64,000 nt of DNA. It comes from an uncultured Acholeplasmatales bacterium. GTDB lineage: Bacteria; Bacillota_I; Bacilli_A; Acholeplasmatales; Anaeroplasmataceae. The notes under the pieces are model-generated. The model was not told where the DNA came from. It did not search any database and was given only the letters and a program-made list of their open reading frames with translations. Position 1 is the stretch's first letter. Every line of letters starts with the position of its first letter. Of the stretch, positions 19,884 through 31,028 are shown in pieces. The position numbers and the translations under genes were made by a program. The stretch lies in NCBI GenBank assembly GCA_944324795.1, contig CALUXR010000008.1, positions 5,753 through 69,752 of the forward strand, read 5' to 3'.

Positions 19884-22187
19884 ATGGCTGAAGAAAATAA
19901 ACTAATTTTACCAGCAATTGCCATTAGAGGTATTACTCCATTCCCGCATGTTGATTTTAGAATTGAAGTAGGCAGAGAAATTTCTGTAAATGCTTTAGAA
20001 GAAGCTGAAAAAATGTATGGGGGAAATATTATCTTATTAATTCAAAAAGAAGCAAATAAAGAAGAAATTAAACAAGATAATTTATATGAAGTTGGGGTTT
20101 TAGCTAAAATTCAATTAAAGCTTAAAATGCCAAATGGTAATTATAAAGTAAAATTTAAAGTTACTGATCGTATAAAAGTAAAAAATTATGAGAGTTTTGA
20201 CCCTTATATTGTAGTAAATTATGAAAAAATATCATCAATTAGCTTAAATGATGAAGAAGAGTTAGCTCTTGTAAGAAGAGTTTTAAATGTTTTTCAACAA
20301 GATGGTAAAATTTTCTTAACTGCTGTTGATGAAGTATCACGTTTATTACAAAGTGGTTTAACTCCTGAAGAAACAACTGATGTTATGGCTTATTATCTAA
20401 AGACTAATGATAAATATAAATATTTAGCTGAAGTTAGTGTAGCAGTTCGTCTTGAATATATTTTAGAAGATGTTGAAAAAGAAAAACAAATTATTCAAAT
20501 TGAAAATAAAATAAATCAAGATGTTAAAAAATCAATTGATGAAAGCCAAAAAGAATATTATTTAAGAGAAAAAATGCGAGCCATTCAAACTGAACTTGGT
20601 GATAAGGCTCGTCAAGATGAAGAAGTAGATGAATTAAGAAAGAAAATTTTAGAAGCTAAAATGCCTAAAAAGATAGAGGATAAAGCTTTAAAAGAATTAG
20701 AACGTTATTCTAATACTAATAATCAAATGGCTGAAAGTGGGATTATTAGAGCATATCTTGATTTCTTAATCGCTCTTCCTTGGTATAAAACAACTGAAGA
20801 TACTAAAGATTTAAAAGAAGTTGAAAAAGCTTTAGATAAAAATCATTATGGTTTAACTAAAGTTAAAGAAAGAATTTTAGAATATTTAGCTGTTAAAATG
20901 ATGACAGGTAAAAATCCATCAACAATTTTATGTTTTGCAGGCCCTCCTGGAGTTGGTAAAACATCTTTAGCTAAATCTATTTCTGAAGCTTTAGGTCGTA
21001 ATTTTATTAAACAAAGTTTAGGTGGGGTTCGCGATGAATCTGAAATCAGAGGTCATCGTAGAACATATGTAGGAGCATTACCAGGACGCATTCTAAAAGG
21101 AATGAAAGATGCAGGAACTATTAATCCTGTTTTCTTACTTGATGAAATTGATAAAATGGCATCAGATTATAGAGGAGATCCGGCAGCGGCTATGCTTGAA
21201 GTTTTAGATCCTGAACAAAACACTAACTTTTCTGATAATTATTTAGAAGAAGCGTACGACTTATCTCAAGTTATGTTTATAACTACTGCTAATTCTTTAG
21301 AAAGTATCCCTGCTCCACTTCGCGATAGAATGGAAATAATTGAATTATCAAGTTATACAGAATATGAAAAATTTAATATTGCTTTTAAACATTTATTACC
21401 TAAAGAATTAAAAAATCATGGTTTAACTAATGAACAATTAGAAATAAAAGATGAAGCTATGATTAAAATAATTCAAGGCTTTACTAGAGAAGCTGGAGTT
21501 AGAGAATTAGATCGTTTGATTCAAGCTATTTGTCGTAAAGTAGTTAAAGAAATCTTAATTGACCATAAAGAAAAAGTAGTAATCACTGTAGATAATTTAA
21601 CAGATTATTTAGGTAAAGTTCGTTTCTTTAATAATGAAGGTCGAGAACAAGGCCAAATTGGTATCGTTACAGGTTTAGCTTATACTGAATTTGGTGGTGA
21701 CACACTTGATATTGAGGTTACAACTTATCCTGGTAAAGGTGGCTTAATATTAACAGGCAAATTAGGTGATGTAATGAAGGAATCAGCTCAAGCAGGTCTT
21801 TCATACGTTAAAGCCCATTCAAAAGAATTAAATATCGATATAGATTTTAGTACAATCGATATTCATATTCATGTTCCTGAAGGAGCTGTTCCTAAAGATG
21901 GTCCTTCAGCAGGCGTTACTTTAATTACTGCTTTAGTTAGTGCTCTATCTAATCGTCCGGTTCCAGCTAATATTGGTATGACAGGTGAAATCACATTAAG
22001 AGGCAGTGTTCTTCCGATTGGTGGTTTAAGAGAAAAATCAATTGCGGCAGTAAGAACAGGTCTTAAGACAATTTATATCCCTATTGAAAATGAACGTGAT
22101 TTAGATGAAGTACCTAATGAAGTTAAAGAAAAATTAAATATAATTCCTATTAAAAATATCGATGAATTATTACATAAAATATTTTAA
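19884..22187 (+). CDS. lon: ATP-dependent Lon protease
   Basis: LON N-domain, AAA+ GPPGVGKTS, and protease site PKDGPSAG; 767 aa. Confidence 0.96.
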   Translation: MAEENKLILPAIAIRGITPFPHVDFRIEVGREISVNALEEAEKMYGGNIILLIQKEANKEEIKQDNLYEVGVLAKIQLKLKMPNGNYKVKFKVTDRIKVKNYESFDPYIVVNYEKISSISLNDEEELALVRRVLNVFQQDGKIFLTAVDEVSRLLQSGLTPEETTDVMAYYLKTNDKYKYLAEVSVAVRLEYILEDVEKEKQIIQIENKINQDVKKSIDESQKEYYLREKMRAIQTELGDKARQDEEVDELRKKILEAKMPKKIEDKALKELERYSNTNNQMAESGIIRAYLDFLIALPWYKTTEDTKDLKEVEKALDKNHYGLTKVKERILEYLAVKMMTGKNPSTILCFAGPPGVGKTSLAKSISEALGRNFIKQSLGGVRDESEIRGHRRTYVGALPGRILKGMKDAGTINPVFLLDEIDKMASDYRGDPAAAMLEVLDPEQNTNFSDNYLEEAYDLSQVMFITTANSLESIPAPLRDRMEIIELSSYTEYEKFNIAFKHLLPKELKNHGLTNEQLEIKDEAMIKIIQGFTREAGVRELDRLIQAICRKVVKEILIDHKEKVVITVDNLTDYLGKVRFFNNEGREQGQIGIVTGLAYTEFGGDTLDIEVTTYPGKGGLILTGKLGDVMKESAQAGLSYVKAHSKELNIDIDFSTIDIHIHVPEGAVPKDGPSAGVTLITALVSALSNRPVPANIGMTGEITLRGSVLPIGGLREKSIAAVRTGLKTIYIPIENERDLDEVPNEVKEKLNIIPIKNIDELLHKIF

Positions 22188-22190
22188 AAA

Positions 22191-22228
22191 AGAAGGTTAC
22201 AACTACAAATTGTAGAAGTAACCTTTTT
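22191..22228. terminator. bidirectional terminator between lon and the convergent hypothetical gene
   Basis: Stem GAAGGTTAC/GTAACCTT with an inner CTACAA/TTGTAG pairing, flanked by A-runs and T-runs. Confidence 0.6.
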
Positions 22229-22868
22229 AATTTAAGATAAAATTTAAATCTTCAAACGATAAATTTTCAATTTTAAAATCATTATCAATAAGTTTATTAA
22301 ATAAATCTAATTTATGATTTTGTAATTCTATTATTCTTTGTTCAATCGTATCTAAAGAATCAAATTCTTTAAAATTAGCATTTATTAATTCTATATCGTT
22401 ATAATTTTTAATTATTTCTTTTAAAAGATTAATGTAGCTATTAATAGTAGGATAATAATAAATATTATAAATATTATAAATATTATAATTATTAAATTTA
22501 TTTAAAATATGATATTTATAAGCAATAGCTTTATAAAATTGATTTTTATATTTTTTAGAAAATTCATCTATTATATTTAAATTTTTATCAATAGTGATAT
22601 CAGCATCATAATGATAATTATATTTAAATTTAACAAACGCTCTTTTAGAACTATGACAAAAAGAAAAATTAAGATCTCTATTATTAGAATTATAATAATC
22701 ATTATAAATATATTTTAAAGAATCTTGATCTATTTCATAAAAAGAACTAGTAATAGGTATTTTAAAACTATGACGAGAACTAGAGATAGCTATTACATAA
22801 TTATTATTAATTTCGTTTATTAAAACTAAATCTTTTCCGTTATAAAATCCAAAACTACCAACTTTCAT
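22227..22868 (-). CDS. hypothetical protein with an internal (YNI)n repeat
   Basis: I prefer the start at 22868 (GAGGTG RBS, MKVGSFGF). It contains 3 exact 9-bp units AATATTATA at 22461-22487. It is divergent from the LysR regulator gene. Confidence 0.55.
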   Translation of the reverse strand: MKVGSFGFYNGKDLVLINEINNNYVIAISSSRHSFKIPITSSFYEIDQDSLKYIYNDYYNSNNRDLNFSFCHSSKRAFVKFKYNYHYDADITIDKNLNIIDEFSKKYKNQFYKAIAYKYHILNKFNNYNIYNIYNIYYYPTINSYINLLKEIIKNYNDIELINANFKEFDSLDTIEQRIIELQNHKLDLFNKLIDNDFKIENLSFEDLNFILN

Positions 22869-22979
22869 TATATACACCTCAAGGGTTATCATATCATAAT
22901 AGGTTTTATTTTACAATTAATTAATTTACTTTTTAGATGTTTATGGATATAATAAATAAAGAAAGAAAGAAGGGATAAA

Positions 22980-23873
22980 ATGTATGATATTAGGCTTAAA
23001 ACATTATTAAAATTAACTGAACTAAAAAATTATACTAAGACAGCTCAAATCTTAAATTTTACCCAACCAACCGTAACTCAACATATAAAATCATTAGAAA
23101 AAGAATATAATATTAAAATATTTGTAGATAAAAATTTAAATTTAACTAAAGCCGGACATATGTTACTTGAATATGCAAAACAAACTGATATTAATTATTC
23201 ATTATTTAATAATAAAATGGAAAATTTAGCTTTATCAGAAGATATAATAAATATTGGTTTAACTAGAAGTGTTTATCCTATATTACTAGAAAGTAAAATA
23301 TTAGAAGATTTAATAAAACATACTAAGAATCGTTTAGCTATTTTAGTTTTATCAAAAGAAGAATTAGCTTTAAGTTTAGAAGAAGGTAAACTTGATTTTG
23401 TTTTCGCAAATAATATTGTTAATTCTAATAATAAATATTATGAAATTTATGAAGATGAAATTATTTTAGCTGTTAATAAAGAACATAATTTAATTAAAAA
23501 AGATAAAGATAATAAATTTAAAAAATATTATTTAGTAACTTTAGATAATAATGATATCAATTATAATAAATTAAATATATTTTATGAAAATGAACAAGTT
23601 AATTATAAATCTTTTAAAGGCATTATTGAGACTAATTTAAGAGATATAGCTAAAAGAATGGTTATTAAGAATAATGCGATTGGAGCTTTTTATAAAAGTA
23701 ATATTAAAGAAGAACTTAAAGAACATCAATTAGTTGAATATAAAAAAACGAATATTAAAAATAAAATATATTTATTGATAAATAATATTAATTATTTAGA
23801 TAATAATAAAAAAGAAATTTTAAATTTAATATTAGATAAATTAATAGGTAAAAAAGATGAAAATAATTTATGA
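22980..23873 (+). CDS. LysR-family transcriptional regulator
   Basis: N-terminal wHTH (YTKTAQILNFTQPTVTQHIKSLE) plus a LysR substrate-binding domain length; 297 aa. Confidence 0.85.
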   Translation: MYDIRLKTLLKLTELKNYTKTAQILNFTQPTVTQHIKSLEKEYNIKIFVDKNLNLTKAGHMLLEYAKQTDINYSLFNNKMENLALSEDIINIGLTRSVYPILLESKILEDLIKHTKNRLAILVLSKEELALSLEEGKLDFVFANNIVNSNNKYYEIYEDEIILAVNKEHNLIKKDKDNKFKKYYLVTLDNNDINYNKLNIFYENEQVNYKSFKGIIETNLRDIAKRMVIKNNAIGAFYKSNIKEELKEHQLVEYKKTNIKNKIYLLINNINYLDNNKKEILNLILDKLIGKKDENNL

Positions 23874-24516
23874 AGATAATCATGTTATTGTTGTATATAA
23901 AGAAAGAGGAATATTAGCTCAAGCAGATGGTAGTGATAAATTAGATATTTTAAATATGACAAAATCTTATCTTAAAGAAAAATATCAAAAACCTGGTAAT
24001 GTCTATTTAGGTTTAGTACATCGTCTTGATATTAATACAGAAGGATTAATGGTTTTTGCTAAAACTTCTAAAGCAGCAAAAAGACTTAGTGAAGATATAA
24101 AATTACATAATTTTAATAAATTTTATCTTGCTTTAGTTGAAGGTAAAACTAGTAATGGAAGATTAGAAAATAAATTAATTAAGGATGAAAACAAAAAGAA
24201 ATCTTTTATTTCTAATGAAGGAAAAATAGCTAAATTAAGCTATAAAACATTAAAGAATATAAATATAAATAACACTTTATGCTCAATTGTTGATATTACT
24301 TTAGAAACAGGTAGATTTCATCAAATTAGATGTCAATTTGCTAATATTGGTCATCCTTTATATGGTGATATAAAATATGGTTCTAAAAATAATAATAGAT
24401 ATGCTAATTTACAAGCTTATAAATTAGAATTTATTCATCCAACAACAAAAGAATTGTTAAGTTTTAAAGTTATTGATTATAATGATTATTTTAAAGATTT
24501 AGAAGGGATTATATGA
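23857..24516 (+). CDS. RluA-family pseudouridine synthase (no S4 domain)
   Basis: HRLDINTEG catalytic motif and FHQIRCQ; 219 aa. Confidence 0.85.
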   Translation: MKIIYEDNHVIVVYKERGILAQADGSDKLDILNMTKSYLKEKYQKPGNVYLGLVHRLDINTEGLMVFAKTSKAAKRLSEDIKLHNFNKFYLALVEGKTSNGRLENKLIKDENKKKSFISNEGKIAKLSYKTLKNININNTLCSIVDITLETGRFHQIRCQFANIGHPLYGDIKYGSKNNNRYANLQAYKLEFIHPTTKELLSFKVIDYNDYFKDLEGII

Positions 24517-25466
24517 TTAAATTAAATATTTTAAATATAAATAGTTTAAAAATGCTTGCAGGAGCGAATAATATAAATATTAAAACAATAGAAGGTATTT
24601 ATGATATCGAAATTAATTTAAATGGTGATACTATTTATTTAATTAAAGGAGATGAAAAGTATTTACTTATTTTAAATATTTTGTTTAATAAATTATTAGA
24701 AGCGATTGATTTAGGTGCTAAAATAACACCACGTGATATTGTTTATTTAGCTAATTTAATAAAAAATAAAGAGGAAGATAAATTTATTAAATTATATCAA
24801 AATAAAAAAGCTATTGTTTATACTTATAATAATAAGCCAATATTTCCTAAAACTATTAAACAAATTGAATATATTGAACTATTAAATAAAAAAGATATTT
24901 TATTTAGTTTAGGGGCAGCTGGGACAGGTAAAACCTATATAGCAATAAGTTATGCTGTAAATTTGCTTAAAAATGGACATATTAATAAAATCATCTTAAC
25001 TAGACCTGCAGTTGAAGCAGGTGAATCTCTTGGTTTTTTACCTGGTGATTTAAAAGAAAAAGTTGATCCTTACTTAAGACCTTTATATGATGCCTTATAT
25101 GACACATTAGGTATTGAACAAACTGAAGATTTAATAGCTAAAAATATAATTGAAATTGCTCCATTAGCTTATATGCGTGGTAGAACACTTGAAAATGCCT
25201 TTATAATTTTAGATGAAGCACAAAACGCAACAATCGAACAAATAAAGATGTTTTTAACAAGACTTGGTTTTCATTCTAAAATGGTTATAACAGGAGACCC
25301 TACACAAATAGATTTAAGAAATCAAAATCAAAGTGGTCTTAGTTTTTCTGCTAATTTATTAAAAAATATTAATGAAATTGGTGTAATTTATTTTTCTAGT
25401 ATGGATGTAGTACGTCATCCTTTAGTTGGTAAAATAATTGAAGCTTATGCTAGTTCTAAAGTTTAG
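24513..25466 (+). CDS. phoH: PhoH-family ATPase
   Basis: GAAGTGKTY Walker A, ILDEAQN, ITGDPTQIDL; 317 aa. Confidence 0.9.
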   Translation: MIKLNILNINSLKMLAGANNINIKTIEGIYDIEINLNGDTIYLIKGDEKYLLILNILFNKLLEAIDLGAKITPRDIVYLANLIKNKEEDKFIKLYQNKKAIVYTYNNKPIFPKTIKQIEYIELLNKKDILFSLGAAGTGKTYIAISYAVNLLKNGHINKIILTRPAVEAGESLGFLPGDLKEKVDPYLRPLYDALYDTLGIEQTEDLIAKNIIEIAPLAYMRGRTLENAFIILDEAQNATIEQIKMFLTRLGFHSKMVITGDPTQIDLRNQNQSGLSFSANLLKNINEIGVIYFSSMDVVRHPLVGKIIEAYASSKV

Positions 25467-25517
25467 ATATATATGATATTATTAATTAAAATATAAAAAA
25501 AGGATTCATAAAGACTA

Positions 25518-25550
25518 AAATAACTATAGTTTTCTGTAGTTATTTTTTAT
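25518..25550 (+). terminator. rho-independent terminator after phoH
   Basis: 12-bp stem (one G-U), loop TTTT, T-run. Confidence 0.7.
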
Positions 25551-25628
25551 TTTTTTATATCATTTAATTACTAATTATGTTATAATGCACTTTGGTAAAA
25601 AATTAGAGAAAAGAATAGGAGAACGTTA

Positions 25629-27764
25629 ATGAGTGAAGTAAAACGTTTTGAGATGGAGTGGGCGGGACGTCCACTTAAAGTAGAAATAGGAGAAGTTGCT
25701 AAACAAGCTAATGGCGCCTGTTTAGTTACTTATGGGGAAAGTGTTGTTTTATCATGTGTTTGTTCAAATGATGAAGTTTCAACTCAAGATTTTTTCCCAT
25801 TAATGGTATTATACCAAGAAAAATTATATGCAGCAGGTAAGATTCCTGGTGGTTTCTTAAGAAGAGAAGGTAGACCTAGTGAACATGAAACATTAGTTTC
25901 ACGTTTAATTGATAGACCGATAAGACCATTATTTGCTGAAGGATTTAGAAATGAAGTACAAGTAGTAAATACTGTTTTATCTAGTGATCCAAATTGTTCA
26001 CCTGAAATGGCAGCGATGCTTGGCTCATCTATAGCTTTAATGATTTCTAGCGTTCCTTTTGAAGGACCTATTGCTGGTGTAGTTGTTGGAATGATCGATA
26101 ATAAATTTATTATTAATCCAACTCCTGAAGAATTAGAAAAAAGTGATTTAAATTTAACAGTTGCTGGTACACATGAAGCTATAAACATGGTTGAAGCTGG
26201 TGCTCGTTTTGTAGATGAAGACACAATGTGGGAAGCTTTAAAATATGGTCATGCTGAAATTAAAAAATTATGTGAATTTGAAGAACAAATAGCTAAAGAA
26301 TGTGCTAAAGAAAAAATTCAAGTTGAATTATTTTCTCTTGATCCAAATATTGATAAAGAAGTAAGAGCTTATGCGGAAGAAAATATGAAAAAGGCTATCC
26401 GTATTGAAGATAAATTAGAACGTTATGAAGCTATTGATAGAGTAGAAGAAGATGCTTGTAATCATTTTGATGAAAAAGTATTTATCACTGAAGTTGGTGG
26501 TATTAAAGTATTAGATAATGAAGCTAAAGCTTTATATTTAAAAAATGTAAAAATTAGTTTAGAAAATATTTTACATGAAGAAGTTCGTCATATGATAGCA
26601 GTTGAAAAGATTAGACCTGATGGTAGGGCACTTGACGAAATAAGACCATTATCTAGTAGAATTGATGTTTTACCAAGAACACATGGTAGTGCTTTATTTA
26701 CACGTGGTCAAACTCAATCACTTGGTACTGTAACACTTGGTAGTCTATCAGATAATCAAATAATTGATGGACTAGGTTTAGAAGATACTAAGCGTTTTAT
26801 GTTACATTACAATTTCCCTCAATTTTCAGTAGGTGAAACTGGCCGTTATGGTTCACCTGGTCGTAGAGAAATTGGTCATGGCGCTCTTGGTGAAAGAGCC
26901 TTATCATATGTAATTCCATCAGAAGATGAATTCCCATATACAATAAGAGTAGTATCAGAAATATTAGAATCAAATGGTTCATCAAGTCAAGCTACAATTT
27001 GTTCTGGTACCCTAGCTTTAATGGCAGCAGGTGTTCCGATTAAAGCTCCGGTTGCTGGTATTGCGATGGGTTTAATTATGCAAGATGAAGAAAATTATAC
27101 AATTTTAACTGATATTCAAGGTATGGAAGACCACCTTGGTGATATGGATTTTAAAGTTGCTGGTACAAGAGATGGTATAACTGCTTTACAAATGGATATT
27201 AAGATTAAAGGTATAACATATCAAATTTTAAAAGAAGCTTTAGCTCAAGCTAAAAAAGGTAGATTACAAATTTTAGATCATATGGCTACTACAATCGCTA
27301 AACCAAGAGAAGAATTATCTAAATATGCACCTAAAGTAGCAATGACAAGAATTAATCCAGATAAGATTAAAGATGTTATTGGTACAGGTGGCAAAATTAT
27401 TAATCAAATCATTGAACAATTTGATAATGTTAAAATTGATATTGAACAAGATGGTAGAGTATATGTAATGCATTCAGATATGAATACTTGTAAATCTTGT
27501 ATAGCATATATTGAAAATTTAGTTAAAGAAGCAAAAATTGGCGAAATATATGAAGGTAAAGTTACTCGTATTGAAAAATATGGTGTATTCATTGAATTAT
27601 GGGATGGTTGTGAAGGATTATGTCATATTTCAAAACTTTCAAAAGATAGAGTTGCAAAATGTGAAGACGTTGTTTCTTTAGGAGATATAATTTTAGTTAA
27701 ATGTATCGGGATTAATGAAAAAGGTCAAATTGACCTATCAAGAAAGGATGCAATAAATAATTAA
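25629..27764 (+). CDS. pnp: polyribonucleotide nucleotidyltransferase (PNPase)
   Basis: Two RNase PH domains, KH and S1 domains; 711 aa. Confidence 0.97.
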   Translation: MSEVKRFEMEWAGRPLKVEIGEVAKQANGACLVTYGESVVLSCVCSNDEVSTQDFFPLMVLYQEKLYAAGKIPGGFLRREGRPSEHETLVSRLIDRPIRPLFAEGFRNEVQVVNTVLSSDPNCSPEMAAMLGSSIALMISSVPFEGPIAGVVVGMIDNKFIINPTPEELEKSDLNLTVAGTHEAINMVEAGARFVDEDTMWEALKYGHAEIKKLCEFEEQIAKECAKEKIQVELFSLDPNIDKEVRAYAEENMKKAIRIEDKLERYEAIDRVEEDACNHFDEKVFITEVGGIKVLDNEAKALYLKNVKISLENILHEEVRHMIAVEKIRPDGRALDEIRPLSSRIDVLPRTHGSALFTRGQTQSLGTVTLGSLSDNQIIDGLGLEDTKRFMLHYNFPQFSVGETGRYGSPGRREIGHGALGERALSYVIPSEDEFPYTIRVVSEILESNGSSSQATICSGTLALMAAGVPIKAPVAGIAMGLIMQDEENYTILTDIQGMEDHLGDMDFKVAGTRDGITALQMDIKIKGITYQILKEALAQAKKGRLQILDHMATTIAKPREELSKYAPKVAMTRINPDKIKDVIGTGGKIINQIIEQFDNVKIDIEQDGRVYVMHSDMNTCKSCIAYIENLVKEAKIGEIYEGKVTRIEKYGVFIELWDGCEGLCHISKLSKDRVAKCEDVVSLGDIILVKCIGINEKGQIDLSRKDAINN

Positions 27765-27799
27765 GAGGGCATGTGCCCCTTTTTTAAGCGGTAAAGATT

Positions 27800-28603
27800 A
27801 TGGAAAATTTCATGAATAATGTAAAAGATTTATTTGGTGAAACTTTATTTACTATCTTAAATGGAATAATTGTCTTAGTTGTAGGTTTTTTCATTGTTAA
27901 ACTTTTAAGATTTGGACTTAAAAGAATTTTAAATAGATTACCTATAAATACAACTATAGCTACATTTTTAAATAGCATTTTAACAGCTGTACTTTATTTA
28001 ATTTATATTTTAATCGTTTTAAATTCATTTAATATTGCTACAGATGGCATTGTTGCTTTAGTTGGTAGTGTTGGGGTAGCTATTGGTCTTGCATTAAAAG
28101 ATAGTTTATCAAATATAGCAAACGGAATTATGCTTGTTACAATGAAACCTTTTAATGTTGGCGATTTTGTTGAAGTTAATGGGACAACTGGTACTGTTGT
28201 AGCAATCCATATGATTTCAACAGTTTTACAAACAACAGATAATAAATATATTACAATTCCTAATAATGAGGTTTTATCAAATAATATAATCAATTATAAT
28301 GCGATGACAACAAGAAGATTAGATTTAGTTGTAAGTTGTAGTTATGACAGCGATATTAAATTAGTTAAAAAAACTTTACTTGATTTAGTTGAAAAGGATA
28401 GTAGAATCTTTAGTGACCCTGCTCCTGTTTGTGAACTTGATGTTATGAATTCCTCAAGTCTTGATTTTACATTAAGAGTTTGGTTAAAAAGTAGTGATTA
28501 TCATGCTGTAAGATGGTCATTAAATGAACAAATTATTAATAAATTTAATGAACTTAATATTGAAATCCCATATAACCAATTAGATGTAAGAGTTAGGAAG
28601 TAA
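27800..28603 (+). CDS. small-conductance mechanosensitive channel (MscS family)
   Basis: 3 N-terminal TM segments plus the MscS beta-domain (PFNVGDFVEVNGTTGTV); 267 aa. Confidence 0.85.
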   Translation: MENFMNNVKDLFGETLFTILNGIIVLVVGFFIVKLLRFGLKRILNRLPINTTIATFLNSILTAVLYLIYILIVLNSFNIATDGIVALVGSVGVAIGLALKDSLSNIANGIMLVTMKPFNVGDFVEVNGTTGTVVAIHMISTVLQTTDNKYITIPNNEVLSNNIINYNAMTTRRLDLVVSCSYDSDIKLVKKTLLDLVEKDSRIFSDPAPVCELDVMNSSSLDFTLRVWLKSSDYHAVRWSLNEQIINKFNELNIEIPYNQLDVRVRK

Positions 28604-28606
28604 AAT

Positions 28607-29602
28607 ATGAAAAAAATAATTTTAATCATATTATTATTAATTACATTTTTAATTCCTTTAAATGTTGAAGGTTTTGATATTAATAATGATGGTTCAATAA
28701 ATATTTTAAGTTCTACTAAATCATTTACATATGGTGATAAAACAGATACTTTTATTTATGATAATAATCTATTATATTTAAAAGAAAATACTAATGAATT
28801 TATAATTATTACCCCTACAAACACTAATATAATTATAAATCCAAATAATGAAAACAAAATATTATCTTTAAATTATGTAACACCAGAAGCTAGTGAATTA
28901 AGTTTAAAATTAATAGATGATACATATTATGTTTATTATAATGATAATATTTTATATGGTGATTTCTCCTTTAATGTAGATGGAAATGAAGTCAATAGTT
29001 TAAATGCTAAAGGAGATAATGTAAGTTTAATTTATAATGATACAACAATAACTAACAATAATACCCCTACAAGAGGACTAATAAGTGATTTTATTATTTT
29101 AATTATAGGTATAATTGTTATATTAATTGTTATTGCATATATAATATATTTATTTTTTCCAAGAAATTATCATAAAGAATTATATAAAGCATCTAAACGT
29201 TTAATTAATTATTTAAATAAAAATAAAAATGTTAAACAAGTTATTTTAAATTTAAGAATTAAAGTTACTAATTTAAATACTTTATTTAGAGGAATTAAAG
29301 AAGAAGATCCAATTTATTATTCTATTAAAATGAATTTAAATGAGATTAATTTAACTTTAGATAATATTATTAAAGTTAATACTTTAATTAAAGAAGAAGA
29401 TAAAATCAATTTAATTAATTATTTTAAGTTAAGAATTAATAATATTATTACTCTATTAAATAATGGTAATTATAAATTTAAAAATAACAAAAAAAATCAA
29501 CATAAAAAAATTAAAATTGATTTATTAAAACCAAAACAATTAGATAAACAAGAAGAAGATGCCCTTCATTATTTAGAAGGGGTAAATATTATTAAAAAAT
29601 AA
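28607..29602 (+). CDS. hypothetical single-pass membrane protein (signal peptide, Asn/Ile-rich ectodomain, TM, coiled cytoplasmic tail)
   Basis: 331 aa with hydrophobic segments at the N-terminus and around residue 160-185. No recognised family. Confidence 0.55.
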   Translation: MKKIILIILLLITFLIPLNVEGFDINNDGSINILSSTKSFTYGDKTDTFIYDNNLLYLKENTNEFIIITPTNTNIIINPNNENKILSLNYVTPEASELSLKLIDDTYYVYYNDNILYGDFSFNVDGNEVNSLNAKGDNVSLIYNDTTITNNNTPTRGLISDFIILIIGIIVILIVIAYIIYLFFPRNYHKELYKASKRLINYLNKNKNVKQVILNLRIKVTNLNTLFRGIKEEDPIYYSIKMNLNEINLTLDNIIKVNTLIKEEDKINLINYFKLRINNIITLLNNGNYKFKNNKKNQHKKIKIDLLKPKQLDKQEEDALHYLEGVNIIKK

Positions 29603-29605
29603 GAC

Positions 29606-29633
29606 TTGCAAAAAATAATAATTTTGCTAAAAT
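29606..29633 (+). promoter_or_regulatory. promoter of rnpB
   Basis: TTGCAA (29606-29611), 16 bp, TAAAAT (29628-29633). Confidence 0.55.
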
Positions 29634-29638
29634 TATAA

Positions 29639-29961
29639 GGCAATATGGTAATCGAGCAGAAATGTTAGGAAAGTCCATGCTAGCACAGTCTGCGATGACT
29701 GTAGTGTTTGTGCTTAAGGAAAAAATAACTTAAGGTACCTTTTGGTAACGGCGAATGAAATCTAAGTCGAAAGATATGATGTAGTTTATAATGTGCCACA
29801 GAAACGAGTTATAGGGAAACCTATAAATGAAACGCGGTAAACCCCTCAAGCTAGAAATCCAAATTTTGGTAGGAGAGCTTAAACTGACGAAATGAAGTTA
29901 AGTTTAGGTCACATATGTGAAGATAGATGATTACCCTTGACAGAACATGGCTTATATATTG
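29639..29961 (+). ncRNA. rnpB: RNase P RNA, type B (Bacillus-like)
   Basis: It has GGTAATCG...AGGAAAGTCCATGCTAGCAC...GTAGTGTTTGTGC near the 5' end and AGATAGATGATTACC...GACAGAACATGGCTTAT near the 3' end. P1 is CAATAT/ATATTG and P2 is GGTAATC/GATTACC. Ends are approximate. Confidence 0.9.
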
Positions 29962-29987
29962 CAGGAGACCTTCGGGTCTCTTTTTTT
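29962..29987 (+). terminator. rho-independent terminator of rnpB
   Basis: Stem GGAGACC/GGTCTC(T), loop TTCG, followed by TTTTTTT. Confidence 0.85.
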
Positions 29988-30284
29988 ACTGTTAAGCATA
30001 TTTAAATCATTTACATGTTGAAAAAAAGAAATTCAAAATTTATATTAAAACAACAAAGAATATTTTATACATCAAAATGTAAAATATATTATATTTTAAT
30101 TTTCGTATTATAAACGAAATATTATATAAAGCTATTCTTGACCTATTTGATTTATTTCTATATACTATTTAAATAAAATGTATTGTTTATATATTTTTAT
30201 TTATTTGGTGCTAAAACTAAAAACTTTTTTTGAAAGGAGAGATATCACACAAATTAAGCACTAAATAGAGATACACTAAGCAAT

Positions 30285-30869
30285 ATGAAATAACTATTTT
30301 ATTTATTATTAATTTTATTGTTGTTAGCATCGTGTAATAAAATTAAAACATCTGAAACTACAAAAATTCATTTTAAATATTTTTCTATAAATAGAGATTT
30401 AGATGAAGATATTAATATCAATAATATACCATATTTTCTTCATCAGCTATTGAAAGTATCTATAATGATGAATCTTATAGTATTACTTATGATAAAAATA
30501 ATGATTCTGATATTTATATAAAGTTATGATTTGATGACATTTTATATAATGAAAATGAAATTATTGATATAATCGATACACATAGTAAAGTTAAAGATGT
30601 TTATAAAACAACAATTAAAATTAAATATAATTTAGTAAATTATAATTGAGACTAATGTTGCACTTATTAGTTGTTCAGAATATTCACATACACAAGACAT
30701 CTATACTAAGGAAGTTGCTGATGTAAGTTTTACTTATTTTGAACATAATGAAATAGAAGTATCATATAATAAAAATTTATATTCTTTAGAAGATTCTTAT
30801 ACTAATAATATATTAAATATGGGAGATATTATTAAAATAAGTGAAGTATATAATCATTTAATTGATTAA
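30285..30869 (+). pseudogene. decayed lipoprotein gene (nonsense codon at codon 3, at least two frameshifts)
   Basis: It starts ATG AAA TAA, then LFYLLLILLLLASCNK, a signal peptide with an LLASC lipobox. Reading continues in two other frames (..SAIESIYNDESYSITYDKNNDSDIYIKL*FDD.., then ETNVALISCSEYSH...VYNHLID*). Confidence 0.55.
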
Positions 30870-31028
30870 TTTTATAAAATATGAAAAATTATTTAGACAC
30901 TCTGGTCTCTTTTAATTAAAGAAAAATAAAATAATTTTAAAAAATACTTGAAAGAAAACGTCTTATGTATTAAAATTGTAATGAAGAAGCGCTTTTTGTG
31001 GGAGTGTTTAATTGAAATAGGAGGAGAT

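Noticed and set aside
25784-26224. 146-aa ORF antisense to pnp. The same reasoning covers these antisense ORFs: 26797-26985, 27404-27592, 9436-9723, 9557-9748, 11231-11476, 17635-17904, 27784-27978, 28003-28293, 31678-32052, 36217-36399, 41303-41602, 46701-46916, 50195-50383, 56953-57141, 60092-60523, 60884-61153 and 61077-61262.
   Set aside because: Each lies entirely inside, and antisense to, a well-supported conserved gene. They have low-complexity Ser/Ile/Leu-rich translations and no RBS. This is typical of shadow ORFs in AT-rich DNA.
30318-30521. 67-aa ORF starting at TTG
   Set aside because: It is one frame-fragment of the decayed lipoprotein gene whose true ATG (30285) is followed by an in-frame TAA. 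I report it as a pseudogene instead.
30500-30660. In-frame TGA codons in the lipoprotein pseudogene (..IYIKL*FDD.., ..VNYN*D), which might indicate a gene acquired from a TGA=Trp (code 4) mollicute
   Set aside because: There are only two TGAs, alongside TAA/TAG stops and frameshifts. In DNA this AT-rich, TGA appears frequently by chance. All housekeeping genes here use TGG for Trp.
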